From the IMG/VR virus record IMGVR_UViG_2713896779_000022: a DNA stretch of 35,191 bases; one strand, given 5' to 3'. The translations under genes and the position numbers were made by a program. This document shows, piece after piece, positions 8,945-18,302 of this stretch. This DNA comes from a virus (lineage: Duplodnaviria > Heunggongvirae > Uroviricota > Caudoviricetes). Positions within the stretch are counted from its first letter, which is position 1. Each line of letters starts with the position of its first letter. Below the pieces are notes generated by a model, which worked only from the letters and a program-made list of their open reading frames with translations, was not told the origin of the DNA and searched no databases.

Positions 8945-9508
8945 ATGCTAAATAATAGAGATATGAATATTAATGAACTTAAAGACTGTATTCACTATGA
9001 AGTAATCGGTAGCGAGCGTCCTTTCTCCTGGCGAAAGGCAATTGTTCGCGCAATAAAACATAGAAGAGTTCGTTATTTATTTTGGTGGCGCATAGCCAAA
9101 TACCTTTTTGATAAAGGCGGATACTGTCGGAAGATTGCGGGGAAAATAGAACGTTTCATTCTTGATAAATATAATGTAACAGTCCCTTTAACTGTAAATA
9201 TAGGGAAAGGCTTTGATATTTCTTATCTCAATAGTGTTGTTATCGGTCACAAAGTAACCATCGGTGAAAATTGTTCAATAAAACCAGGGGTAACTATTGG
9301 GCTACGTGGTGATTTTAATGATATGGATATTGTTATAGGACATAATGTGACCATTGGTTGTAATGCCACCATTCTTGGTGGCAAAGTGCGTATAGGAAAC
9401 AATGTCACAATAGGTGCTCATGCATTGGTATTGCATGATATTCCTGATGATTCAACATTCATCACTAAATTTCAGTCTGAAGTTATCTGCTCGTCCTCCC
9501 GCACATAA
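8945..9508 (+). CDS. hexapeptide-repeat (left-handed beta-helix) O-acetyltransferase, WcaB/CysE/LacA-like; cargo gene at the Z/fun position
   Basis: Repeated [LIV]-G-x-x-[VI]-x-I-G hexapeptides ([45 protein letters not shown]); strongly AT-rich versus flanking tail genes; convergent with G. Confidence 0.8.
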   Translation: MLNNRDMNINELKDCIHYEVIGSERPFSWRKAIVRAIKHRRVRYLFWWRIAKYLFDKGGYCRKIAGKIERFILDKYNVTVPLTVNIGKGFDISYLNSVVIGHKVTIGENCSIKPGVTIGLRGDFNDMDIVIGHNVTIGCNATILGGKVRIGNNVTIGAHALVLHDIPDDSTFITKFQSEVICSSSRT

Positions 9509-10089
9509 CCCTGATTCATCAGCTCTGGCCATACGATATCCGGAGCTGTACTGGTGTCAATTCGACTCACTAATACTCTGTATTTTCTCCAGGAATCCAG
9601 TTGTGAATTTTCCTCGTTTGTTGCTATTTCAAGATTAACTGCATCCTGCAGAATTGCGATGTTATCTGTTGCCTCCTGGATCAACCTTGCCTTTTTCTCT
9701 TCCGCTTCCCGTATCCGAAACAGTTTTTCTGCTTCCTCATCCTTCACCCAGGATACGCCGTCCCACTTCTGATACTCCCCTGCTGGCGACAACCAGGTGA
9801 CATTCTCTGGTAGCGGTCCGGGTTCAGAAATAAACAACGCGTCCCCCGAGGCCACGTCATAGACCGTTTTACCACGATGGTCTTCAACAATATTCCACGA
9901 TTCATTTTCACTGTTAAAAACTGCCACAAAGCCAGCAGGAATTTCCGGTGGGGCGATATCTGTAGAATTAGCTGGCAGCCCTGTATGAGGTGGAATATAT
10001 GCGTCACCTTCACCAATAAACTCATTAGTTCCGGCCAGCAGGTTATAAATTTTTACAGTACGTGATTGTTCACTCATTCTGAATGCCAT
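9472..10089 (-). CDS. G: tail fiber assembly protein (Tfa/gpG-like chaperone)
   Basis: 205 aa immediately downstream of H, start overlapping H stop (TAATG). Confidence 0.85.
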   Translation of the reverse strand: MAFRMSEQSRTVKIYNLLAGTNEFIGEGDAYIPPHTGLPANSTDIAPPEIPAGFVAVFNSENESWNIVEDHRGKTVYDVASGDALFISEPGPLPENVTWLSPAGEYQKWDGVSWVKDEEAEKLFRIREAEEKKARLIQEATDNIAILQDAVNLEIATNEENSQLDSWRKYRVLVSRIDTSTAPDIVWPELMNQGYVREDEQITSD

Positions 10090-11957
10090 TATGCAAGCCT
10101 CACAATATAATTAAATGCGATGTTTTTAACGGTGTTTTCCGCGTTACCAGCAGCGTTAACGGTGATGGTATGTCCATGTGAACCAATCGCAACAGAGTGC
10201 GTATGAGCGCCAATACCAACTGTATGTGCATGCGCCCCTGCACTTGCAGCAGTGCCTGATACTGAGTGGGTGTGTGCACCAGAAGAAGGCACTGTTCCAT
10301 TCCCCACGACCGTGCCACTTGATGCACCATCAAGCCAGTCGAAATTCATACCTCCACTGTTTGGTCTCCTTAATGGAACGGTATGAGTATGTGCGCCAGC
10401 ACTATTTGCAGTACCAGATACATTGTGGGTATGTGCACCTGTGTTATTCGTTGATTTAGTACCGTAATCAAACGACGATGTGGTTTTCGTACCCAAATCC
10501 GTACTGGATGCGCTGGCACTGTGGGTGTGCGATTTAATGCCATCCTGTTCCTGAGACAATACGGCTCGACCACTTGCGGGCTTGCCCTTGATTGTCCAGC
10601 CACGCATATCGGGGAGTACACCAGAGGGATAAGCTGCTGCAAGCAGGGGATAGGTTGTTTTATCAAAAGTCTGCCCCTGCATAACGGCATAGCCTGTAGG
10701 CACTGAATCAGAAGGCCACGGAATCGCCGCACCTACAGGAAATGAATCCTGCGGCGTCCATGCTGTCCAGTCACCCGTTGAGTACTGGCTGCGGGTATAG
10801 CTTCTGGATGTGTTATACACATAGTAAATCTGTGTTATCCCGGCACTTTTAAGCACAACCAGTGTACCGGCAAGATTCTCTGGGTATTTCAGCGCTGCAC
10901 TTGTATTGGCATTCGCAGGCTGATGGTACAGCCCCGGCGTTTTGTAATTATCCAGATTCTGGTTTGCACCAATCTCAATACTCTGATCGTTAAAAATATC
11001 CTGTGATGTAACATTGACATCATTGGTCAGTGGTTTGCCATTAACCTTACGTCCAGAGGGCACACGCCCGTTTGCATTGTCATTAGCAGCTTTCACCGCT
11101 TTCGGAGTCGCGGCAAGCGTTTCAGACGTGCTGTTGGTTGCACTAGTAAGCTGGACTATCCCTTTTTGTGCTGTTGTTGCATCCTGTGCGGTGTATTTGC
11201 CATTAGCAAGGTCATATGCTGCCTTTACCGCCTTTGGCGTTGCCGCCAGCGTTTCAGAATCGCTATTGGTGGCGCTACTGAGCTGAACAAGGCCTTTTCG
11301 CGTCGTGCTGGCATCCTGCGCAGTATATTTCCCGTTAGCAAGGTCATACGCGTCCTTTACTGCTTTCGGCGTTGCAGCTTGTGTTTCAGACACGCTGTTA
11401 GTGGCGCTACTGAGTTGAACAAAGCCTTTTGCGGTCAGCGAGGCGTCCGGGTGACGTCGTGACTGTTCATGCTCTTTCAGTTTGTCATCCACGTAATCCA
11501 CTGTGGCCATCACCATGGTGTTATCCACGGTAAGTGCCACGGTGGCAGTGCTGGATACGGTCAGAATGGTGCGAAATGTCTGTGCACGACCGGACCCTTC
11601 GGCAACGGCTGGCTTGTAACTTTCGGCAGTATTGCCTACCGCGATTAAATCGCCGTGCTCATCAAACACACCAATTTCCCGGATCCAGAATCCGCCCGTT
11701 TCTGGAGGAATAGCCAGCTCCGCAATAATGCGGTTCTGATGTGTTGCGTCCAGGAAGACGCGATTAACGGTATGTCGCCACACCTCACGCACAAGACGGG
11801 TCTGCTTACTGTCTGGCGTGGGTAAAGTACCGCCGCCGTCACCCACGGCCATATGTGTCAGGCGGACGGGTTTACCATCTGGTGCGGCTGCCTGCGCTAA
11901 TTTTTTGGCACCCGTATCGGTGATAATGGTTTTAAATTTTCGTGTTGTGGTACTCAT
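10089..11957 (-). CDS. H: tail fiber protein H (mosaic: P2 H-like N-terminus, His-rich distal tip)
   Basis: N-terminus resembles P2 gpH ([62 protein letters not shown]); C-terminal region has repeated GAHTHxV/GAHAHTV motifs and ends [11 protein letters not shown]. Confidence 0.9.
   Translation of the reverse strand: MSTTTRKFKTIITDTGAKKLAQAAAPDGKPVRLTHMAVGDGGGTLPTPDSKQTRLVREVWRHTVNRVFLDATHQNRIIAELAIPPETGGFWIREIGVFDEHGDLIAVGNTAESYKPAVAEGSGRAQTFRTILTVSSTATVALTVDNTMVMATVDYVDDKLKEHEQSRRHPDASLTAKGFVQLSSATNSVSETQAATPKAVKDAYDLANGKYTAQDASTTRKGLVQLSSATNSDSETLAATPKAVKAAYDLANGKYTAQDATTAQKGIVQLTSATNSTSETLAATPKAVKAANDNANGRVPSGRKVNGKPLTNDVNVTSQDIFNDQSIEIGANQNLDNYKTPGLYHQPANANTSAALKYPENLAGTLVVLKSAGITQIYYVYNTSRSYTRSQYSTGDWTAWTPQDSFPVGAAIPWPSDSVPTGYAVMQGQTFDKTTYPLLAAAYPSGVLPDMRGWTIKGKPASGRAVLSQEQDGIKSHTHSASASSTDLGTKTTSSFDYGTKSTNNTGAHTHNVSGTANSAGAHTHTVPLRRPNSGGMNFDWLDGASSGTVVGNGTVPSSGAHTHSVSGTAASAGAHAHTVGIGAHTHSVAIGSHGHTITVNAAGNAENTVKNIAFNYIVRLA
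11081..11445. repeat. ~2.75 tandem copies of a 132-bp coding repeat inside H
   Basis: Units start near 11081, 11201 and 11333; encode three ~44-aa repeats ([39 protein letters not shown]). Confidence 0.8.
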
Positions 11958-11959
11958 GC

Positions 11960-12490
11960 TTAATCGTCCGGATAGATGGTAATGACTTCACCGTCGTAAG
12001 TTGCTGCCGCTGCGAAAATATCTCCCGGGATCTCCTGAATGATATTCAGCCCTGTCATGTGGCGGCTGACCGGGCGGGCATCAGCAATCAACCGCTCCAT
12101 TTCCAGATACATTTCCTCCGTCACGCCACTGTCCAGCGTGCCGACTTCAACGGTAAATGTTCCCGGTTCTCCGCCGAACTCCCACCACTCAGACACACGA
12201 ATGAGGTATCCCAGCGGCTCAATGGCCCGGCGCAGTGCGCTGATGGTCCCTTTGTGTCGGTGTATCAGCCATGCATCACGAATAACCTGTCGCTTTGTCT
12301 CTTCCGGCCAGTTGCGATCCCAGCGGTCAACGGAAAATGCCCAGGCGAGATAAGGCAGCAGATGCACCGGGCATGTGTCCGGCGACCACAGCGTGTTGAG
12401 GTCTACCGGAATGTCTGTAATGCGCGTTCCGACGGCTTCGGCACAACGCATGAAATTGCTGGCTGATGGTGGTAACAGCGAATTACTCAT
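11960..12490 (-). CDS. I: baseplate/tail protein I
   Basis: Start at MSNSLLPP (ATGA overlap with J stop); 176 aa as P2 gpI. Confidence 0.85.
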   Translation of the reverse strand: MSNSLLPPSASNFMRCAEAVGTRITDIPVDLNTLWSPDTCPVHLLPYLAWAFSVDRWDRNWPEETKRQVIRDAWLIHRHKGTISALRRAIEPLGYLIRVSEWWEFGGEPGTFTVEVGTLDSGVTEEMYLEMERLIADARPVSRHMTGLNIIQEIPGDIFAAAATYDGEVITIYPDD

Positions 12491-13379
12491 TGCGCCCACC
12501 TTCGCTGATGGTGAACGACTCACAGCGCGCCGCCTGTATGTCGCTGATGGCCATATTCTGTGTGGGTTCGATTATCTCCACGCGTTGCACACCGTGCACA
12601 TGCAGTGCGGCAGCAATGGCGGACAACGCCACGTCCTGACCGATAAGCCCCTGCTCAGCCAGCCACTTCCTGAACGACGATTCCGCCGCAGCCAGAATAG
12701 GTTCGGATTCCGGGCCGGGGTAAAAGTACAGTTTTGCATTCAGCCGCCATGTCACGATTCTGGCACTCTGTACGGTCAGGCGGTCGGCCACCGGACGGGT
12801 ATCCTCTGCATTCAGAACGGCGCGAACGGTATTAAGCAACGCCTCCGTTGCTGTGCCGTCGCCTTCAGTGGACAGGATGGAAACCGTCACATTTGCCGGA
12901 GACGGGCTGATGGCCCGCGCATCACGCACCAGACCGCTGGCGCTGCGGGCAAAATACTCGTATGCACCTGACGGGCCAGCAACACTCAGGCCGTCGTACG
13001 CCCGCTGCGCCCGCAGTCTCAGTGAGGTGTCACTCTCCATCACCGCGTCGGTGGTATCCGTTGCCGGAGTGATGGTCAGGCGCTTTGTGTTCATATTGCC
13101 CGCGAGGTTGTCCAGGTCTGTCCCGGTGCTGTGGCTTAACATGCAGGCCCGTGCCCCCTCATTGACCCGCTGGCGTAACAGCATTTCACGAAACGCTGTT
13201 ATCTGGGCGATAACGTTCAGGGGTTCCGATTCCAGCTCCAGCGCGGCGGAGACGGCTTCACGCTGTTCGGCGGGATAAGCCGCAATCATCATGGCCTTTG
13301 TGTCAGCCAGAATTGCCTCAAAATCAGGCTCCGCGATAATGGCGGGGTCCGGTAACTGGGAAAGGTCAACAGCAGGCAT
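12483..13379 (-). CDS. J: baseplate assembly protein J
   Basis: 298 aa; position between W and I; P2 gpJ-like. Confidence 0.9.
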   Translation of the reverse strand: MPAVDLSQLPDPAIIAEPDFEAILADTKAMMIAAYPAEQREAVSAALELESEPLNVIAQITAFREMLLRQRVNEGARACMLSHSTGTDLDNLAGNMNTKRLTITPATDTTDAVMESDTSLRLRAQRAYDGLSVAGPSGAYEYFARSASGLVRDARAISPSPANVTVSILSTEGDGTATEALLNTVRAVLNAEDTRPVADRLTVQSARIVTWRLNAKLYFYPGPESEPILAAAESSFRKWLAEQGLIGQDVALSAIAAALHVHGVQRVEIIEPTQNMAISDIQAARCESFTISEGGRNE

Positions 13380-13382
13380 GAT

Positions 13383-13733
13383 TTACTCTCTCAGCGTGAT
13401 GGTTAATTCAACATTCTGCATGGTCTGCATGACAGTGCCCGACAGCGTCACCCCGGCGCGGCCTCCTGCCTTCCAGACAACGTCGATGGCATCCAGGGCA
13501 ATGCGGGGTTCCCATCGTGTCAGTGCAATCACGGCAGCACTCATGCATTGCAGACGCGTGGTGTTATTCATGGGTTCGTCAATCAAATCAGGCACAAGGC
13601 TGCCATATTCCCGTCGCATAACCCGGCTTGCCAGCGGGGTGGTCAGGATATCCCTGACTGACTGTTTCAGGTGCTCCATATCGTTCAGGTTTCCCGTCCC
13701 GTCCGGATTCATTCCTGTGTAGCGGGTTGTCAC
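13383..13733 (-). CDS. W: baseplate assembly protein W (gp25-like)
   Basis: 116 aa; position and size of P2 gpW. Confidence 0.9.
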   Translation of the reverse strand: MTTRYTGMNPDGTGNLNDMEHLKQSVRDILTTPLASRVMRREYGSLVPDLIDEPMNNTTRLQCMSAAVIALTRWEPRIALDAIDVVWKAGGRAGVTLSGTVMQTMQNVELTITLRE

Positions 13734-14311
13734 TGCGGGCCTCCTGTCGAATCGCTGCCGCCTTTCACGCCACCGTGTTTATGCGTATGCACGGTAATGC
13801 CGTTTGAGGTGAAGTTGCCGCCGCTGTGCGTGATATTGCCGCTCATCTTTCCTCCTTTTATGACGTCAAGCGTCGCCGTTCTCAGAAGGTTTGTGCATTC
13901 CACGACGGGCGTATCCAGTTTCACGCTGACGGATGCCTGTAAAGTGGCCGTTTTCATGCCGCTGGCGCTCAGTGCGCCTGCGTCCGCGTCGTAGCGGAAC
14001 ACCGCGCCGTCCGGCGCGCTGATCACGATTTCGTTCAGGCTTTTGCCGGGGGCCGGACTGGCATCACTCCACAGGCTGCCAATTATCATGGCGGTTTCCG
14101 GGTTGCCGCCAATGCAGGCAATTACCACCTGTTCGCCTGGTGATGGCGGCAGCCACACATTGAAGGCTCCCGCGCGCGTGGTGTTCCAGCGCAGCCAGCC
14201 TGTTTCCAGTTCGCCGCTGCGAACGCGCACGCACCAGGATTCCTCATCAACTTCAGAGATGATCCCGGTACGGATGATGTTGCTCAGCAGTCGCATGAGT
14301 TCTGCGCTCAC
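13730..14311 (-). CDS. V: baseplate spike protein V
   Basis: 193 aa; resemblance to P2 gpV (IRTGII, W..W...RAG, P..GEQV, HTHKH.G). Confidence 0.9.
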   Translation of the reverse strand: MSAELMRLLSNIIRTGIISEVDEESWCVRVRSGELETGWLRWNTTRAGAFNVWLPPSPGEQVVIACIGGNPETAMIIGSLWSDASPAPGKSLNEIVISAPDGAVFRYDADAGALSASGMKTATLQASVSVKLDTPVVECTNLLRTATLDVIKGGKMSGNITHSGGNFTSNGITVHTHKHGGVKGGSDSTGGPQ

Positions 14312-14952
14312 CGTACAGCCTCCGCAATCCGGCCCAGCACCGTGTTATAAATCAGGCGCTCATCTGCCAGGCTGATACCCAACAGCTCACGTACCGGGTA
14401 ATCGGTGAAAATGCCCGGCGCAACCTGATCGCGCTCACCGAACTGATGAACGCGGGCAATACGTGCGGCCACGCCGCTGTAACCCACCGTCACACCGGAA
14501 GCATCTGCACGGGCTTTCAGGTAGCGGGCGGTGCGCAGTTTTACGAACATGGGGACGCGCTTTGTGCTGTCCTGGTTGATGCGCCGGGTGCGTATTTCCA
14601 GAAAACGGTCGATGTCATCCCGGTAAAACGTGCGGATATTGTTTTTATCCTCATCCCACCCGGTAATGGTTCGCCCGTATTTCCCCGTGTCGTGATGCCA
14701 GTTTTTCAGCGTGCGTGCTTCGTTATTCCAGATAAAGCGAATGCGTTCCTGTATCCGGGTTACGCGGCGTCTGCGTGGTGTCCACGCGGTCCCGTCCGGC
14801 GCTTTCTGTGACCGGATACGCGCCTGCTGGGCGCGGCGTAAATCCTGTGCCAGCTTTCTGGCGATGTTATTGATGGCCTGCTGATTCAGGCTGTCGCGGA
14901 TGGCATCAAAGGTTTCATCCACGCGGGTGAATGCCTTATCCATCGCTTTCAC
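14308..14952 (-). CDS. S: tail completion / virion morphogenesis protein S-like
   Basis: Position between R and V; 214 aa, longer than P2 gpS, so assignment rests mainly on synteny. Confidence 0.7.
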   Translation of the reverse strand: MKAMDKAFTRVDETFDAIRDSLNQQAINNIARKLAQDLRRAQQARIRSQKAPDGTAWTPRRRRVTRIQERIRFIWNNEARTLKNWHHDTGKYGRTITGWDEDKNNIRTFYRDDIDRFLEIRTRRINQDSTKRVPMFVKLRTARYLKARADASGVTVGYSGVAARIARVHQFGERDQVAPGIFTDYPVRELLGISLADERLIYNTVLGRIAEAVR

Positions 14953-15403
14953 CCCACGTCACATCCTGGAATACATGCGACCAGTCGCCTTCGGAAGATG
15001 GCAGGCGGGGTTTTGGCTCAGGCAGGTGTTCTGCCTGCGGTGTGCCCTGACTGCTGCGCGTGATGCGAACGCGTTCCCGCAGGGGGAGCGTAAACAGGAG
15101 ATCGGCGCTGTCATCGTCATTGATAACGGCGGAGAATTTGATGTCCTGATTACGCTCCGGATTGAGCAACAACTGTGGCTGATTTTCGGATAACCACGCC
15201 AGTAGCGGCAGCGTGAGGTCGTCCAGCTCCCCGGCGTAATCCATGACAAACATCACCATCTGATAGCGGTAAACAAACGAGGGCGTTTCTCCGGTCGTTT
15301 CAATGTTGCCGCTTTCCACGAAAATGGTGAATTTTTCCGGGTTGGCCTGACACCATCGGCATGAACGGGTCATGGCTTCACGCAGGGAATCAGTTTTCAG
15401 CAT
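14936..15403 (-). CDS. R: tail completion protein R
   Basis: 155 aa, same size and position as P2 gpR. Confidence 0.8.
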   Translation of the reverse strand: MLKTDSLREAMTRSCRWCQANPEKFTIFVESGNIETTGETPSFVYRYQMVMFVMDYAGELDDLTLPLLAWLSENQPQLLLNPERNQDIKFSAVINDDDSADLLFTLPLRERVRITRSSQGTPQAEHLPEPKPRLPSSEGDWSHVFQDVTWGESDG

Positions 15404-15680
15404 GGTTGTTATCCTCGTTGTTCAGTCGTTGCAGCCTGCGCTGTTCCAGTAATTCAATGGCCCGTTTATCCGCGTTACAGGTTTCCAGTGCATCCAGAAG
15501 GCGGTCGCCCCATATACCGAGATTTCCCCATGTGGGAGTATCAGGGAAGGGGGGAGGCGTTACCGGTATGGTCAGCGTCTGCGGTATAAGCCGGACTGAC
15601 GGCGCTGGCAGTGGCGCGTTCTGCGTGCCTGCGCAGCCTGTCAGTAAAACGAGCGTCAGGCAAAGCGTGGGCGCATTCAT
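15390..15680 (-). CDS. lysC: o-spanin (Rz1-like outer-membrane lipoprotein) LysC
   Basis: Lipobox LTLVLLTGC then Pro-rich periplasmic segment; starts inside lysB in another frame and extends past its stop (P2 lysB/lysC architecture). Confidence 0.7.
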   Translation of the reverse strand: MNAPTLCLTLVLLTGCAGTQNAPLPAPSVRLIPQTLTIPVTPPPFPDTPTWGNLGIWGDRLLDALETCNADKRAIELLEQRRLQRLNNEDNNHAEN

Positions 15681-15948
15681 CTTTTGCAATATCGTTGCGT
15701 AGCTGTTCACGTCTTACCTCTCCGTCCTGATTGCGTTGCTGATTTTCCACGCGGAGTTGCGCCAGCACCTGCTGCATATCCTGTACCCCGGCGCTGATGA
15801 TATTCAGGGTGTCGGCGGTACTTTTCAGGGTGCTGGCCTGCGCTTCGTTTCTGGCGTTCTCCCGGCCCAGCGACCACGACAGACGCATGGATGTTCCCCA
15901 TCCGGCAATCAGAAGGAAAGCGACGCCAAGCGTGGGCCAGAGCTTCAT
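15541..15948 (-). CDS. lysB: i-spanin (Rz-like) LysB
   Basis: Start at MKLWPTLGVAFLLIAGW (N-terminal TM) with ATGA overlap on the endolysin stop; coiled-coil periplasmic domain. Confidence 0.7.
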   Translation of the reverse strand: MKLWPTLGVAFLLIAGWGTSMRLSWSLGRENARNEAQASTLKSTADTLNIISAGVQDMQQVLAQLRVENQQRNQDGEVRREQLRNDIAKDECAHALPDARFTDRLRRHAERATASAVSPAYTADADHTGNASPLP

Positions 15949-16337
15949 GCCGGATAGGCTCCGTGTGGTAACTGAAAATGCGGTCCGTCTTTCAGAGTCT
16001 TCCAGTCGCCGCCCCATTCCACCGGAATATTCAGTTCCCGGCTGGCCTGTCTGAATGCTGCTGCGATTTTTTCGTACAGCGGCCATTCCCATGACACCTG
16101 GCTGCCGATATAAGCCACAACATCCACGGCATGCCCCGTAAGGTGGCGGCTGTTCATGGTCTGGCTCTTACCCGTGGCCACCAGTTGCTTCTGGCGGTAA
16201 CGGCTGCGCAACCCTTCGGTGATACCAAAATCCACTTCCGAGATTTCCAGTGCCCGTCGGGTCACTTTCACCAGATCAGGATTTACGCCCTGCAAATTCT
16301 TTTCGCTCCGGCTGCTGAATTTAAATGTGTTGCTCAT
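15945..16337 (-). CDS. endolysin, peptidase M15-type (L-Ala-D-Glu endopeptidase-like)
   Basis: 130 aa with zinc-ligand pattern H..D..H (SRHLTGHAVDV ... DGPHFQL); occupies the P2 K position but is not a P2-type lysozyme. Confidence 0.8.
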   Translation of the reverse strand: MSNTFKFSSRSEKNLQGVNPDLVKVTRRALEISEVDFGITEGLRSRYRQKQLVATGKSQTMNSRHLTGHAVDVVAYIGSQVSWEWPLYEKIAAAFRQASRELNIPVEWGGDWKTLKDGPHFQLPHGAYPA

Positions 16338-16672
16338 TCGTCCTTCTCCTTCACCCTGCGATTAAAGGCCGCAATAACCTTGTCGCGTGCTTTCTCTGCA
16401 CCCATAAAACCGATTGATGCGCCGATAAACGTCACGGCATCTTCAGGAAACCCGAAGAAGCGCAACGACCCGGCCACGGCCATGGCAAGAACGCCGCACG
16501 CCAGCGATCCCGTTACGGTCTGAACCAGTGTTCGTCCGTCATAAAGACTCATCAGCGCGGAAATGCTGACCGCCGCGCCTGCTGCATACACCGTTGGCAG
16601 GTGGTCAAAGAGCCACGCAATAACCTGCTCTGTGATCCCTGTTTGAATGGTGCTCACTGCTACTCCCCCCAC
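16334..16672 (-). CDS. holin (gene Y position)
   Basis: Small protein with hydrophobic TM segments and charged C-terminus (RRVKEKDE) directly upstream of endolysin; start uncertain (GTG at 16672 or GTG at 16657 preceded by GGGGGGAG). Confidence 0.65.
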   Translation of the reverse strand: MGGVAVSTIQTGITEQVIAWLFDHLPTVYAAGAAVSISALMSLYDGRTLVQTVTGSLACGVLAMAVAGSLRFFGFPEDAVTFIGASIGFMGAEKARDKVIAAFNRRVKEKDE

Positions 16673-16860
16673 AACTGAATCATTTCTCGTTTCTTCTTCT
16701 CCGGCTCCGGCATCTCAACTTCCTGCCCGGCGTCCAGAAATACCTGCTGACAGAGTCCGGGGTTGGCATCCAGCACCTTTTCGGTGACGCCCTGCGTCGT
16801 GCCGTAGTACCGGAAACAGAGCGAATCCACGGTGTCGCCTTCCAGTGCCTTCACTTTCAT
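16660..16860 (-). CDS. X: tail protein X
   Basis: 66 aa from MKVKALEGDTVDSL; start overlaps L stop; size and position of P2 gpX. Confidence 0.75.
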   Translation of the reverse strand: MKVKALEGDTVDSLCFRYYGTTQGVTEKVLDANPGLCQQVFLDAGQEVEMPEPEKKKREMIQLWGE

Positions 16861-17363
16861 CAGCACAACTCCGCAAACATTCGCGGGCGGCACAGAATGT
16901 CAGAGATGGCCCAGCTCACATCACGCCACAAATCCGATGTCTGTATATCCAGAGCGTCCGCCCGGCGGTCGCCCTTGTCCGTTGTGTCTGCATCACGATA
17001 ACGCTCCAGAATCAGGGCGCGCGTGGCGGTATAAACAGCATTGCGCCAGTGCCAGAGATTGACGCTTTCTCCGTTAATTACGGGTGCCGGAACATCGGCC
17101 AGCGTCTGATGGCCAGCTGCCTGCTGTTCCTGCTGCCATGCTTCCAGCTCGCGGGTAACGTGTGCCACAGCCCCGGTGGCAGTATGCAGCAGGCGGGAGG
17201 TGGTCACGTGGCCCGGCAGTCGTACCGCCAGACGCAGCTCGCGCAGCACAATATCCGGCCAGAATGCACCCGCTGAAATGCGGGTATCACCATCATCGGT
17301 ATCGGTGATGTCGTCCTCTGCGGGTCTGGGTTCAGTTCTGGCAACCATACTCATGGGGTTCAC
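16860..17363 (-). CDS. L: capsid completion protein L
   Basis: 167 aa, position after M; P2 gpL-like. Confidence 0.85.
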   Translation of the reverse strand: MNPMSMVARTEPRPAEDDITDTDDGDTRISAGAFWPDIVLRELRLAVRLPGHVTTSRLLHTATGAVAHVTRELEAWQQEQQAAGHQTLADVPAPVINGESVNLWHWRNAVYTATRALILERYRDADTTDKGDRRADALDIQTSDLWRDVSWAISDILCRPRMFAELC

Positions 17364-17456
17364 TCCTGAAAAAAATCGGGCGGTGGGTGCGCGGTGTAAA
17401 CGGTCACGGAGTCAAACCGGAACACCGCGCACGCCGCCCGCTGACGGGGTCAGTCG

Positions 17457-18257
17457 TTAACCGCGCTTCGCCTTCTGCGTCGCGGTGGTTTTTCGTGTTG
17501 CAGGCTTCCACGTTGTCTTTTTACTTTTGCTGCTTTCGTCCTGCGCCTGCTGTGCGCTGGCGTCTTCTGGTTCGGCTGCGGAATCGGCTTTTTTCAGGGC
17601 GCGGGAAAGGGTTGCAATCTCGCGTTTCACACCTGCGTTCGGGTTCAGGTGCATCGCTTCGCGCAGCAGCTTCAGTGATAAGGCCATGTTGTCTGCATCG
17701 GTCAGACCACGACGGGCAAAGGCGCACGCCTTGCATAATTTGGCGCGTACTTCGTCCGGCATGTCCTGGTCGGTGACAATCTTCCGGAGGGTGTCCAGTG
17801 GTTCGATAAAGGCGGACAAATCCGCGTCGGCATCCGCCCCGGCCTGCGTCAGTACCGAGTTGCAGATTTCTTCGGTCAGCACTGTGGCAGCAGTACGGCC
17901 AAAGTTATCCGGCATAATGAGGTTATGACGGACCACATACGCACCAATACGCAACGCCAGCGGAAGATCGCCGCAGTCAATCGCCCACACCATCAGCGTG
18001 GCAATCACTTCATCCTGCTGCCCGCCGTCAGCCTCCAGCGTTCCCTCAATCCAGCCGGAAAAATCCGGCAACAACTCTTTTTTGATGGCGGCTTTCGCGC
18101 TTCTGGCCTGTACGCCCTTAAGCCGGGCCTGTGCCAGACGCAGACGATACAGCACCTCTTCATGCGCGGTACGCGCGGCGTGGTCCACGCCTTCATTCGC
18201 CCGGCCTGCGCGCTGTGCCATCACGTTCTGCCAGTGTTGCTGTGCAGGAGTAATCAT
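17457..18257 (-). CDS. M: terminase small (endonuclease) subunit M
   Basis: 266 aa between N and L with basic Lys/Thr-rich C-terminal tail. Confidence 0.85.
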   Translation of the reverse strand: MITPAQQHWQNVMAQRAGRANEGVDHAARTAHEEVLYRLRLAQARLKGVQARSAKAAIKKELLPDFSGWIEGTLEADGGQQDEVIATLMVWAIDCGDLPLALRIGAYVVRHNLIMPDNFGRTAATVLTEEICNSVLTQAGADADADLSAFIEPLDTLRKIVTDQDMPDEVRAKLCKACAFARRGLTDADNMALSLKLLREAMHLNPNAGVKREIATLSRALKKADSAAEPEDASAQQAQDESSKSKKTTWKPATRKTTATQKAKRG

Positions 18258-18302
18258 TTGTTCTCTCCGTTACTGGCGGGCATGATGCCCGCCGTGAGTT
18301 GA

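Noticed and set aside
11081-11445. Possible CRISPR-like repeat array
   Set aside because: Repeats are 132-bp, contiguous, in-frame coding repeats of the tail fibre gene with no spacers; not a CRISPR array.
11014-11462. Plus-strand ORFs with repeated [14 protein letters not shown] peptides
   Set aside because: These are the reverse-strand translation of the tandem coding repeats in tail fibre gene H, not separate genes.
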